From contig OZ224045.1 of assembly GCA_963665325.3 (NCBI GenBank), positions 544,001 to 608,000 on the forward strand: 64,000 nt of DNA, in the 5' to 3' direction. Position 1 is the stretch's first letter; every line of letters begins with the position of its first letter. The position numbers and the translations under genes are program-made. This document shows positions 36,001-44,105 of the stretch, in pieces. The DNA comes from Alphaproteobacteria bacterium. Its GTDB lineage: Bacteria > Pseudomonadota > Alphaproteobacteria > Bin95. The notes beneath the pieces were generated by a model. The model was given only the letters and a program-made list of their open reading frames with translations. It did no database searches and had not been told where the DNA came from.

Positions 36001-38332
36001 GAACGGCGGCGACGGCTACACGGTCGGTTCCCCGGCATCGGGCGCCGTCGCCGTGACGGACGACGACCTGCCGCCGCCGGTGGTCTCGGTGACGGCGAAG
36101 GCCGGCTCCATTACCGAGGGGGCGGGCGCGGTGTTCACGGTGACGGCGGACCGGGCGCCGGATGCGGCGCTTGCGGTGCGGCTCACGGTCTCGGAGGAAG
36201 CGGGCAGCGACTTCGTGGCCGCGGGCGACGAGGGCGGTCGCACGGTGACCATCCCGGCCGGCACGACCGGGGTTGCGCTCACCGTGGCGACGGACGACGA
36301 CGCGGCGGACGAGCCCGACGGCTCGGTGAGCGCGGCGGTGGATGCCGGCGCGGGCTACACGGTGGCGGCGTCTCCGGGGGATACGGCCTCGGTCGCGGTG
36401 GCCGACAACGACGCGGCGGCCACCGGGGCGTCGCTCTCGGTGGACGACGCGACGGTGAAGGAAGGCGCGGGGCTGATGTGGTTCACGCTCCGGCTGAGCG
36501 CGCCGTCGGAGCGGGCGGTGCGGGTGTCGTACCGGACCCGGGAGTCGAGCCCGGTGTCGGCGCGGCAGGGCCGGGACTACCTTGCCGCCGGCTGGCATCT
36601 CTACTTCCAGCCGGGCGAGACCGAGAAGCGGGTGTGGGTCTGGGTCTACGACGACAGCCATGACGAGGACCCGGAGACGTTCGAGTTCGTGCTGACGGAG
36701 GCGACGGTGGTGCCGATCGCGGACGGCGTGGCGGTGGGGACGATCGTGAACGACGACCCGCTGCCGGCGGCGTTCCTGGCGCGCTTCGGGCGCACGGTGG
36801 CGGAGCAGGCGCTGGACGGCATCGCGGGGCGCATGGCGGCCCCGCGCAACCCCGGCATGCAGGGGACGCTGGCCGGGCAGGCGCTCAACTTCGACCCGGC
36901 CGCCGGCCGGCCGGCAGCGGGCGCAGCGCCCGGCGCAACGCCGGCGGACCGCGATACGGCGCTGGCCATGGCCGACATCGCGCGCGGCTTCGGTGCGGAT
37001 GCGTCCGCCGCGGTATCGCCGGGCGGCGACCGGTTCGGCGACGCCCGTGCCGGCACGTCCCTGGCGCAGACCCGTTCGATGACGGCGCGCGACGCGCTGC
37101 TCGGATCGAGCTTCTCGCTGACCGGTCAAGCGGACGGCTCGGGCGGCAGCCTGGCGTTCTGGGGCCGGGCGGCGCAGGGCGGCTTCGACGGCCGCGAGGG
37201 GACGTTCTCGCTCGACGGCGCGGTCACCACGGGCATGCTCGGCGCGGACTACGCGCGCGGCAAGTGGCTGGTGGGCCTGGCGCTCGCGCAGAGCGCGGGC
37301 GAGGGCGACTACCGCGACACCGGGGTCAGTCCCCGTCCCGACGGCCAGAGCTGTCCCGACGGCGTGGACGCCGAACTGTGCGGCGGCGCCGTGCGCGCGG
37401 GCGACGGCAAGGTGGAGGCGTCGCTGACGGCGGCGATCCCCTATGCGGCGTTGCAGGCCTCGGAGCGCCTGAAGCTCTGGGGCGCGGCGGGCTACGGCAC
37501 GGGCGAGGTGACGCTGAAGACCGCGCTGGGCGACAGCTACAGCTCCGACACCGCCTGGAGCATGGCGGCGGCGGGGCTCAGGGGCGACCTGCTGGCGCCC
37601 CCCGCGGAAGGCGGCGGCCCGGCGCTGGCGCTCACTTCGGACGCCCTGTGGACGCGGACCTCGTCTGAGAAGACCCGCGACCTCGCGGCCTCGGACTCCG
37701 ACGCGACCCGGCTCAGGCTCGGGCTGGAGGGCAGCTGGCGGTTCGCGATGGAGGGCGGCGGGTCTCTGGTGCCGAAGCTGGAGATCGGCGCGCGCCATGA
37801 CGGCGGCGATGCCGAGACCGGCTTCGGGGTCGAGCTCGGCGGCGGGATCGCGTGGAGCGACCCGGCGCTCGGTCTCTCGCTCGACGTCTCGGGCCGCACG
37901 CTGCTGGCGCACGAGAACGACGACCTGAAGGACCGGGGCTATGCGGCCTCGCTGGCCTTCGATCCCGCTCCGGCGACGCAGCGGGGTCCGTCGCTCAACC
38001 TGCGCCAGGAGTTCGGCGGGCAGGCGCAGGGCGGGCTCGACGCGCTGTTCCAGCCGGCGACGCTGGAGGACCGCACGGGCAGTGAGGCGACCTCCCGCTG
38101 GGCGATGGAAGCCGCGTACGGCTTCCCGGCCTTCGGCGGGCGCTGGACCGGCAGCCCGCATGTGGGGCTGGGGCTCGCCACCGGCGCGCGCGACTACAGC
38201 CTCGGCTGGCGGCTGACGCCGGAGGCCGCGAACGCGCCCGACCTGTCGTTCGGCCTCCGGGCGACCCGCCGGGAGAGCGATACGGCGCAGGCGGAGCACA
38301 CCGTGGGGTTCGAGGTCCGCGCGCGCTGGTAA
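33008..38332 (+). CDS. Large Calx-beta/Ig-like repeat adhesin with autotransporter beta-barrel
   Basis: Signal-like RHGLAAALLSLPLLAGLATGAVAQ; repeated V.EG....FTVT...DDD..E.DG.V modules; LARFGRTVAEQ linker; barrel strands ending FEVRARW. Confidence 0.88.
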   Translation: MSAFAWLRRPGRPSSPPETSSSAGGRCASRRPHSSSDSFGLSSARAAAGARPLSRHLRHGLAAALLSLPLLAGLATGAVAQTPLADRIVPPATLTVNEGDGNIDITLPGKPGYDEDDMHISSTTGSATRGTGSVCQAGEDFLLPSTNSHSINVRIADTSHTFSGFTMCDDSDDETDETFTARWQSTAGSPFNSNAANCASTSSCTSEITIRDNDPTVVTLARVGSGAVTEGGRVEFTVTLGRALVAGETIDVPLSISGTGVTTGDWSLGAKSGAANTGVGLRDVGTATPKVRFSGAGAQTATLELTPTNEGTTEGAETFTVALGSNTAFDAAALGTDVGGGADPHGTANAFTVVVNDGGAAPLAAKPSTVREGGVSFVTVTGFPSSWGAPRIRSLAGATASLRCDHADDGLPNLFNNLDVCVGLADGTRTLGHWDGVAYRLTLTVVADGVAENESLTVTFEDSTDASRTRTADIALDDRSPLPFISLEAVVGTNPGDVVSPSPHAVTEGGAFNLRVKMDPWFRLATPVTVNYYLADYHGERVVRGPSLTDPKRDRDPNPRSIEILAGQSATVIHIPTVASPDLDGDSKVEVILLGGRDYATSTGKLTLTVQDADPVTNIDDNTRAQMLATPSTLTLGADAASVTEGGEVTFTVTAAPAPGYDLPVHLGASEEMGAGLDYIGLERARTVTIPAGATSAAWTVTTWSDDKQRADGTVVARIKPGDGYTAGTPSTVTVALLDDDAPALDPSLVAQVRILAGQTHNGAAHVLRWRRVLVAFGVEAYPGVTAMTAAQAEANARRYSSPLWPRIAEAIGAIGAAGSDPAPQQAATQQAAPAVDPALVALVRSYAAETHNGAAHVERWMRVLAAFGEDNGRAPMTAAEARTYADRGWTRWDPVVVAIAALEAAPEPEPQPVIPPAVSVAAGEAVSEGGGAVFTLTAAPAPASPLAVEVTVGAEGDFGIAAGARTVTVPTSGSLVLTLATVDDGTDEPDGSVSVTLNGGDGYTVGSPASGAVAVTDDDLPPPVVSVTAKAGSITEGAGAVFTVTADRAPDAALAVRLTVSEEAGSDFVAAGDEGGRTVTIPAGTTGVALTVATDDDAADEPDGSVSAAVDAGAGYTVAASPGDTASVAVADNDAAATGASLSVDDATVKEGAGLMWFTLRLSAPSERAVRVSYRTRESSPVSARQGRDYLAAGWHLYFQPGETEKRVWVWVYDDSHDEDPETFEFVLTEATVVPIADGVAVGTIVNDDPLPAAFLARFGRTVAEQALDGIAGRMAAPRNPGMQGTLAGQALNFDPAAGRPAAGAAPGATPADRDTALAMADIARGFGADASAAVSPGGDRFGDARAGTSLAQTRSMTARDALLGSSFSLTGQADGSGGSLAFWGRAAQGGFDGREGTFSLDGAVTTGMLGADYARGKWLVGLALAQSAGEGDYRDTGVSPRPDGQSCPDGVDAELCGGAVRAGDGKVEASLTAAIPYAALQASERLKLWGAAGYGTGEVTLKTALGDSYSSDTAWSMAAAGLRGDLLAPPAEGGGPALALTSDALWTRTSSEKTRDLAASDSDATRLRLGLEGSWRFAMEGGGSLVPKLEIGARHDGGDAETGFGVELGGGIAWSDPALGLSLDVSGRTLLAHENDDLKDRGYAASLAFDPAPATQRGPSLNLRQEFGGQAQGGLDALFQPATLEDRTGSEATSRWAMEAAYGFPAFGGRWTGSPHVGLGLATGARDYSLGWRLTPEAANAPDLSFGLRATRRESDTAQAEHTVGFEVRARW

Positions 38333-38419
38333 GCCATGGCGCGCGCCGATGACCGCTGCGGGCGCGGGGCGGGTCCCCGGCTGCGCGCCCGCCGGTAGGC
38401 GCCGGGCGGGGGCTCGGCG

Positions 38420-39219
38420 GTGGACCGCGGCGTGGCGGGGAAGCGGGGCGCGATCCGGGGGGCGCACGCCTGGGCCTACATGCGGCGCGACCCGCTCTAT
38501 CGCGCGGCGTGGGCGGCGCAGGCCGGCGCGGTGCGTTTCGAGTCGGCGGCATTCCCCATCAAGGTGCAGGGCGAGGCGGACCTGGCGGCGGAGGCATGGT
38601 CGCTGCTGGCCTGGGAGGATCCCGGACCGGCGGCGTGGCGCTCGCCGTTCTGGTCGGGCATTCCGATGCTCGTCGGCGAGCCCGACCCGGAGCCGTGGCC
38701 CGACCCCGCGCCGCTGCTGGGGATGCTGGCCGAGGCGGGGGCGCGGGTCGAGGGGCTGCGCCTGCTGAGCGGCCGTCTGGTGGTGAAGGCGGAGCTGGGC
38801 AACGCGGTGTTGCAGATCATGGTGCCGTCGGGCCGGGCGTTCGGCCCCGGTGACGGGATTATGGCGAAGCTCGGGCTGAGCCTGCCGCTGGAGGCGGCGG
38901 TGGGCCGGGTGGAGGATCTGTGGCGGGTGGCGGGCCGGCTGCCCCCTCCTCGGAGGAGCCGGGTCCGGGGGCGGAGCACGCGGAGCTGCTGAGGGTGCTG
39001 GACGCGCGGCTGGAGGCGGCGTCGGTGCAGGGGGTGGCGAAGGAGGTCCTGGGGGCGGACCGGTCGCAGAAGTGGGACACCGACGGCGGGGAGCGCTCGA
39101 AGGCGTATCGGCGCATCCGCAAGGCGAAGGCGTTCATGGAGGAGCGCTACCGGGAGTTTCTGGAGCCGGGCGGCGGGGGACGGCGCAGGCCCGCGAGGCG
39201 GCATTCCCGCGAGAGCTGA
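38420..39219 (+). CDS. FseA-like activator (DUF6499 + DUF2285) split across two frames
   Basis: Frame A has HAWAYMRRDPLYRAAW. Frame B (-1) has ELLRVLDARLEAASVQGVAKEVLG...W...RRIRKAKAFMEERYREFL. The join lies near the G5 run at 38967-38971. Confidence 0.75.
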
Positions 39220-39339
39220 GGGCGCGCGCCCCGCATGCCGATTCTCATCGTCTCATCGACTGCTGCCGATTTGCACGCCCGACGAGGGCGGTACGCGGTA
39301 TGCGGTATCGGCGGGGGACGCGCGCCGGAACCCTCGCTG

Positions 39340-39490
39340 ACGGCACCGTCGGCACCACCGTGATGAGGTCTTCGACCGTCACCGGCGCGGGGCCACCCGG
39401 CAGATAGCCCGAGCCCGCCTCCACCGTGTCCGTCACCGGGCCGGAAGGCTCGTCGCCGGGGTCGGGGCCGTCATCGCCCGCCGGGGGCAA
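39340..39490 (-). pseudogene. Decayed fragment of an adhesin repeat module
   Basis: GDDGPDPGDEPSGPVTDTVEAGSGYLPGGPAPVTVED resembles DDDAADEPDGSVSAAVDAGAGYTV in the autotransporter. Confidence 0.45.
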
Positions 39491-39955
39491 CCGGTGACCG
39501 GGGCGTGGCCGCCGCACATTGCGTCTTTCACGCACTGCCTCTCCGGCTCGAGTCCCGGCACAGGCTCCCCGCTGGAGGGTTGCGCGCACCGTAACGGACG
39601 GTCGAGACGGCCCCCGCCCCCCGATCCTGCCGGCCCCGCGTTCGGACGCCGGTGCTTCCTGCTGCCGATATCCGCCCGACCGCTGCCGCGTCCGGCGCCG
39701 TCCGCCGGTCCGCTGCCGCGCCGGCGGTGTCGAGTCGCTTCCTCCTTTCCCGTTCCGCCCGCCCGGCGCGCGTCCTGCGCATGGCCGCGCTGGCCGCGTG
39801 CGGCCGCGCGAGGCCCCGTGTGGTGGGGTCGCGCAGGCGAATCTCAAATCGACCCTCCCCGCGGGCGCCCGGTCCCGGTTCAATCGCGGGACAGGCCGAC
39901 GGCGCCGAGGGGCGGCGTCGCGGCGGGGCGGAGCGGGAAGCCGAGGAGGACTGCG

Positions 39956-40270
39956 ATGAACGACGAACGCAACTACCTGTCGACGTGCGAGGCGGCCGAG
40001 TACCTGGGGCTGTCGGCGCGCACGCTCAGGCGCTACCGGGTCACGGGCGACGGGCCGGTGTTCCACCGTTTCGGCGCCCGGGTGCGCTACCGGCGCGAGG
40101 ATCTCGACGCCTGGGCGGCGGCGCGGAGGCGGTTGTCGACCGTCGACGACGGCAGCGCGCTGCCGGCCCCGCGCGCGCCCGTCTCCCGCGCTCCCCGCCC
40201 GCGAGCCGGAACTCGCAGGGCGCGGGGGAAGGAGGAGGCCAGGGCCGACGATCCGGGAGCAACGCCATGA
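39956..40270 (+). CDS. rdfS: RdfS-like excisionase / wHTH recombination directionality factor
   Basis: GAGGAGG RBS; YLSTCEAAEYLGLSARTLRRYRVTGDGPVFHRFGARVRYRREDLDAW. Confidence 0.8.
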   Translation: MNDERNYLSTCEAAEYLGLSARTLRRYRVTGDGPVFHRFGARVRYRREDLDAWAAARRRLSTVDDGSALPAPRAPVSRAPRPRAGTRRARGKEEARADDPGATP

Positions 40271-40608
40271 AGGGCGCGGCGGCGACGCCGGTGCCCGGCA
40301 CGGGTCCCTCCGGCGCCGCATGGCGCGGGGCGGCCGTCCTCGCGTTGACGGCCGCATCCGTGCTGGCCGGCCCGGATGCAGCGCTGGCGACCACGGACAC
40401 GACCTTCGACGCCCCGCTCGACACGGTGCAGGACATCGTCGGCGGCAGCGGCGGGCAGCTGGCGGCGGCGCTGGCGGTGGGCGCCGCCCTGGTGGGCTCG
40501 GTGCTGCGCTTCAACGCCATGCAGCTGATGGGCGCGGTGGGCGTCGGCATCGCCGCGGGCGCGGGCACCGGCATCGTCACCGGCCTGGTCGGCTCGGCGA
40601 TCGTCTGA
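40267..40608 (+). CDS. traA: Conjugative pilin
   Basis: Leader ending ALA-TT, two hydrophobic helices; sits directly before traL. Confidence 0.75.
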   Translation: MKGAAATPVPGTGPSGAAWRGAAVLALTAASVLAGPDAALATTDTTFDAPLDTVQDIVGGSGGQLAAALAVGAALVGSVLRFNAMQLMGAVGVGIAAGAGTGIVTGLVGSAIV

Positions 40609-40901
40609 TGAACGACACCGCCCGCCACACCATTCCCCGGCGTCTCGACGATCCGGAGCGCTGGCTGTTCTGGACCGTCGACGAGGCCGCCGCGCTGATG
40701 GGCCCGGCGCTGCTCGGTCTGGCCGCCAACCAGTTCGTGACCGGGCTGGTCGCGGGCGTGGGCGGCTGGCTGCTGCTGCGCCGGGTGAAGCGCGGCGGCG
40801 GGGCCAACATCGCGCGCTACGCGCTCTACTGGTTCCTGCCGGACTTCGTGCTGCGGCTCAGGGCGACGCCGCCGAGCCATCTCCGGCGCTTCGCGGGCTG
40901 A
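40608..40901 (+). CDS. traL: F-type pilus assembly protein TraL
   Basis: IPRRLDDPERWLFWTVDE...LYWFLP...TPPS..RRF.G. Confidence 0.9.
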   Translation: MNDTARHTIPRRLDDPERWLFWTVDEAAALMGPALLGLAANQFVTGLVAGVGGWLLLRRVKRGGGANIARYALYWFLPDFVLRLRATPPSHLRRFAG

Positions 40902-40911
40902 GGCGGGAAGG

Positions 40912-41478
40912 ATGCGGCGTCTGGACCTCGATCTTGCCGTCCGCCGGGTGCGGGACATCCGGCTTGCGCTGGCCGGGCTGCTGGTGCTGTCGATGACGGC
41001 CAATCTGACGCTGACCCTGGGCTTTGCCGGAAGGGAGACCGTGACCGTGCTGCTGCCGGCAACGGCGGGTCCGGCATGGGAGCTCGGCAGCGGCGGCGCG
41101 GGCATGGGTCCCGCCGGCACCCGGTATCTGGAGGACATGGCGCGCACGGTGGCGGTGACGCTGCTGACGCTGACGCCGGAGAACGCGGCCCATGTGCGGC
41201 TGGCGGCGGCGCGGATGAGCCACCCGTCGGCGCGGGGCGCGATCGGCGCCTGGGTCGAGGCCGAGGCCGCCCGCATGGCCGGGCGCGACCTCGCCAGCGC
41301 CTTCTATCCCGACGGCATCGAGGCCGATCCCGAGCGGCTCATGGTGGAGATCGCGGGCGAGCTGGTGACCTGGATCGGGCGCGAGGAGGCCGCGCGCGAG
41401 GACCGGCGCTACCGGCTCGCCTTCCGCATCGAGGCCGGGCGCATCGGCCTGCTGCGCTTCGAACAGATGGAGGACTGA
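40912..41478 (+). CDS. traE: TraE
   Basis: N-terminal TM; YLEDMAR...LLTLTPEN; SAFYP; GELVTWIG. Confidence 0.85.
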   Translation: MRRLDLDLAVRRVRDIRLALAGLLVLSMTANLTLTLGFAGRETVTVLLPATAGPAWELGSGGAGMGPAGTRYLEDMARTVAVTLLTLTPENAAHVRLAAARMSHPSARGAIGAWVEAEAARMAGRDLASAFYPDGIEADPERLMVEIAGELVTWIGREEAAREDRRYRLAFRIEAGRIGLLRFEQMED

Positions 41479-41480
41479 CC

Positions 41481-42263
41481 GTGAAACGGATACATCGGTG
41501 GGCGCTCGCCATTGCATGCGCCATGTTCATGGGCGCGGTGCTGGCGCCCGCCCCGGCGCTGGCGATGCAGATCCTGGAGGCGGCCGATCATGCCGAGCTC
41601 GCCGCCGAGATCTCCGCGACGGGCGTCAACCGGATCGCGCTCGCGGGCGACCGGATCGCGCGGGTGGTGCGGGCGCCCGACGGCTACGCGGTCGAGCACG
41701 ACGCGGCGTCGGGCGACCTCTATCTGAGGTCCGCCGTCGCGGGGTCTCCGGAGACGGGGACCGGACAGGCGGTCCGATACGATCCGGTCACGCTGTTCGT
41801 CGGCACGGAGCGGGGCTTCACCTACCGCCTGACGCTGACGCCGGCGGCGCGGGGCTCGGCGCAGATCCTGATCCTCAACGCGGCGGTCCCGCCGGACGCG
41901 GCGACCGCCGTCCCGGCCGGCCGGGACAGTCCCCGTGTGGCGGCGCTGGTGCGGCTGGTGCGCGCGGTGGCGCGGCGCGAGCTCCCGGCCGGCTACGAAA
42001 TCCATGCCGGCGGGCCTTCCCTTTCCGGCCTCATCCCGATCGAGACCTGGCGGGGCCCGCGCTTCCGGGCGCTCGTGTTCGAGGCCGGCCGTTCCGCGCC
42101 CGCCGGCGGGGACGGCCCCGCGGGCCTCGCCGGGACCATCGGGGACAGCCTGGCTCCAGGCCGCCTTGCCGCGCTCTGGCTCGCCGCGCCCGGCAGCGGG
42201 CCGAGCGGTGGGCGTCTCGCCGTGGCGATCGTGGAGACCGCCCGCATGGAGACTCCGCGATGA
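41481..42263 (+). CDS. traK: TraK secretin-like protein
   Basis: Signal peptide; ISATGVNRIAL.GDRI; SGDLYL; LFVGTERGFTYRL.LTP. Confidence 0.85.
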   Translation: MKRIHRWALAIACAMFMGAVLAPAPALAMQILEAADHAELAAEISATGVNRIALAGDRIARVVRAPDGYAVEHDAASGDLYLRSAVAGSPETGTGQAVRYDPVTLFVGTERGFTYRLTLTPAARGSAQILILNAAVPPDAATAVPAGRDSPRVAALVRLVRAVARRELPAGYEIHAGGPSLSGLIPIETWRGPRFRALVFEAGRSAPAGGDGPAGLAGTIGDSLAPGRLAALWLAAPGSGPSGGRLAVAIVETARMETPR

Positions 42264-43534
42264 GCGCGCGGCAGGACACTTCCGATCCCGGCGCGGTGCG
42301 GCGGCGCCAGCTGCTGCTGTTCTCCGCGGTCGCGGCGGTCCTGCTGGTCGTGCTGGCCGTCTGGCTTGGCATGGGCGGCGGCGGGCAGCCGGCGCCGCGC
42401 GGCGGCATCGAGGCCGGGATCGTGGCGCCGGACGCGGCCGAGCAGGTCTGGACGCGGCGCTCGGAGGCCCGGCTCGGCGGGATCGAGACGCAGCTGCGCG
42501 AGATGCGCCAGGAGGCGCGCCGGCTCGCCGCCGACAACGACCGCCTGCGCACGAAGCTGGAGCGGGACACCGCCGACGCGCGCACGGTGATCGACCGGCA
42601 GGCGGCGGTGATGGACGAGCTCGAACGCCGGCTCGGGGCGCCCGTGCAGCCGGGAACGGTGCCCGGCGGCGGCACCGCGGCGGATCCGTACTTCCGCGTT
42701 CCGTCCTCGACGCCTGAGACCGGCGGGGAGGCGCCGACGCGACCGGTCGCACCCACGCGCATGATCGAGACCTTCGATCTGGAAGGCGGCCCGCGGTCGT
42801 CGGCGACCGATCCCCGAACCGGGCCCGAGCTGGTGGCGGACGCCGTGGCCAAGCCGGTCTCGGCCTGGCTGCCGGCGGGCGCGCACGCCTCGGCGATCGT
42901 GCTCGCGGGCGTCGATGCCTCTGCCGGCATCTCGTCGCAGGGCGATCCCCGCCCGGTGCTGATGCGCATCACGGGTCCCGCCTGGACCGCTGCCGAGAAT
43001 GGGACTGCCCTTCAGGTCGATATCGACGGCTGCACGGTGACCGGCGCGGCCCATGGCGATCTCTCCTCGGAGAAGGTCTACGTCCGCTTCCGCACCATGA
43101 CCTGCGCCGGGCCGGAGCCGGGCACGGTGGTCGAGACCGAGGTCGCGGGGTTCGTCGCGGGCTCCGGCAAGACCGGGGTGCGCGGCCCGGTGGTGAGCCG
43201 CGAGGGGGCGCTGGTCGAGAAGGCGTTCCTCGCCGGCGTGGTCTCCGGCGTCGGCCAGGGCGCGGCCCAGGCCTTCCAGCCCCAGGCGGTGGCCACGGGC
43301 GCGAGCGGCGCCGCGGTCGCCAACACCGCGCTCGGCGACATCGGCCGCGCGGGTCTCGGCGCCGGGGCGTCGAGTGCGGGGCAGAAAGTGGCCGACTACA
43401 TGATCCGGCGCGCCGAGCAGTACCAGCCGGTGATCCAGCTCCAGGCCGGCACGAAGGTGACGCTGGTGTTCCTTGAAGGCGCCCGCATCGACGGCCGCGC
43501 CGTGCAACCGCAATCGAACAACGGAGGGAAATGA
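42260..43534 (+). CDS. traB: TraB (VirB10-like)
   Basis: TM and coiled coil; LPAG....A..L.GVDA; GDLSSEKVY; G.RG.VVSREG; RAEQYQPVI. Confidence 0.9.
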   Translation: MSARQDTSDPGAVRRRQLLLFSAVAAVLLVVLAVWLGMGGGGQPAPRGGIEAGIVAPDAAEQVWTRRSEARLGGIETQLREMRQEARRLAADNDRLRTKLERDTADARTVIDRQAAVMDELERRLGAPVQPGTVPGGGTAADPYFRVPSSTPETGGEAPTRPVAPTRMIETFDLEGGPRSSATDPRTGPELVADAVAKPVSAWLPAGAHASAIVLAGVDASAGISSQGDPRPVLMRITGPAWTAAENGTALQVDIDGCTVTGAAHGDLSSEKVYVRFRTMTCAGPEPGTVVETEVAGFVAGSGKTGVRGPVVSREGALVEKAFLAGVVSGVGQGAAQAFQPQAVATGASGAAVANTALGDIGRAGLGAGASSAGQKVADYMIRRAEQYQPVIQLQAGTKVTLVFLEGARIDGRAVQPQSNNGGK

Positions 43535-43535
43535 G

Positions 43536-44105
43536 ATGGTCGGTTCGCGATTGGGTAATCGGGCCATGGCGCCTGTGGCTGCGGCCGTCGCGGCCCTCAT
43601 GCTCGCCGGATGCTCCTCGGGCCACATCGGTGAGGACTGGCAGTGCCCGCTGGCGAAGGGCGGCTCCTGCGCCAGCGTCGCCGCCGCCGATCCGGCGGTG
43701 CCGAAGACGGGCGCTGCGCGGACGATGACGACCGGGCAGCCGATCCGGCTGCTGCCCCGCGACATGGAAGCCGAACGCGCCGATCTACCGGCGATGGAGC
43801 CCCGATCCTGTGAGACCGCCTGCGGCTTCGATCCCTTCGCCTGGCTCGCGCGGCTGTTGGGCGGCAGCGATAACGACGACCGCCCCGGCTACGGTGGTGC
43901 CGAACCGGAAACGATCGATTCCGCCGCCGCCGCTCTTCCGGCCGATCCCGCCTCCGGCAGTGACGCCGGGCAAGCCGACGGTCTGCGCACCGGCGAGGTC
44001 GTGGCGCGCATCTGGATCGCGCCCTTCGTCGACGCCGACGGCGTCTACCGCGAGGCGTCCCATGTCCGGGTGGTGCTGGAGCCGGCCGGCTGGAGGCTCC
44101 GGTAA
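43536..44105 (+). CDS. traV: TraV lipoprotein
   Basis: Lipobox LAGC; WQCP...GSCASV; LRTGE.VARIWIAPFVDADG. Confidence 0.88.
   Translation: MVGSRLGNRAMAPVAAAVAALMLAGCSSGHIGEDWQCPLAKGGSCASVAAADPAVPKTGAARTMTTGQPIRLLPRDMEAERADLPAMEPRSCETACGFDPFAWLARLLGGSDNDDRPGYGGAEPETIDSAAAALPADPASGSDAGQADGLRTGEVVARIWIAPFVDADGVYREASHVRVVLEPAGWRLR

Noticed and set aside
39836-39863. Canonical FseA box upstream of rdfS
   Set aside because: GGCGAA is present, but the matching inverted half-site is not seen at the spacing I recall.
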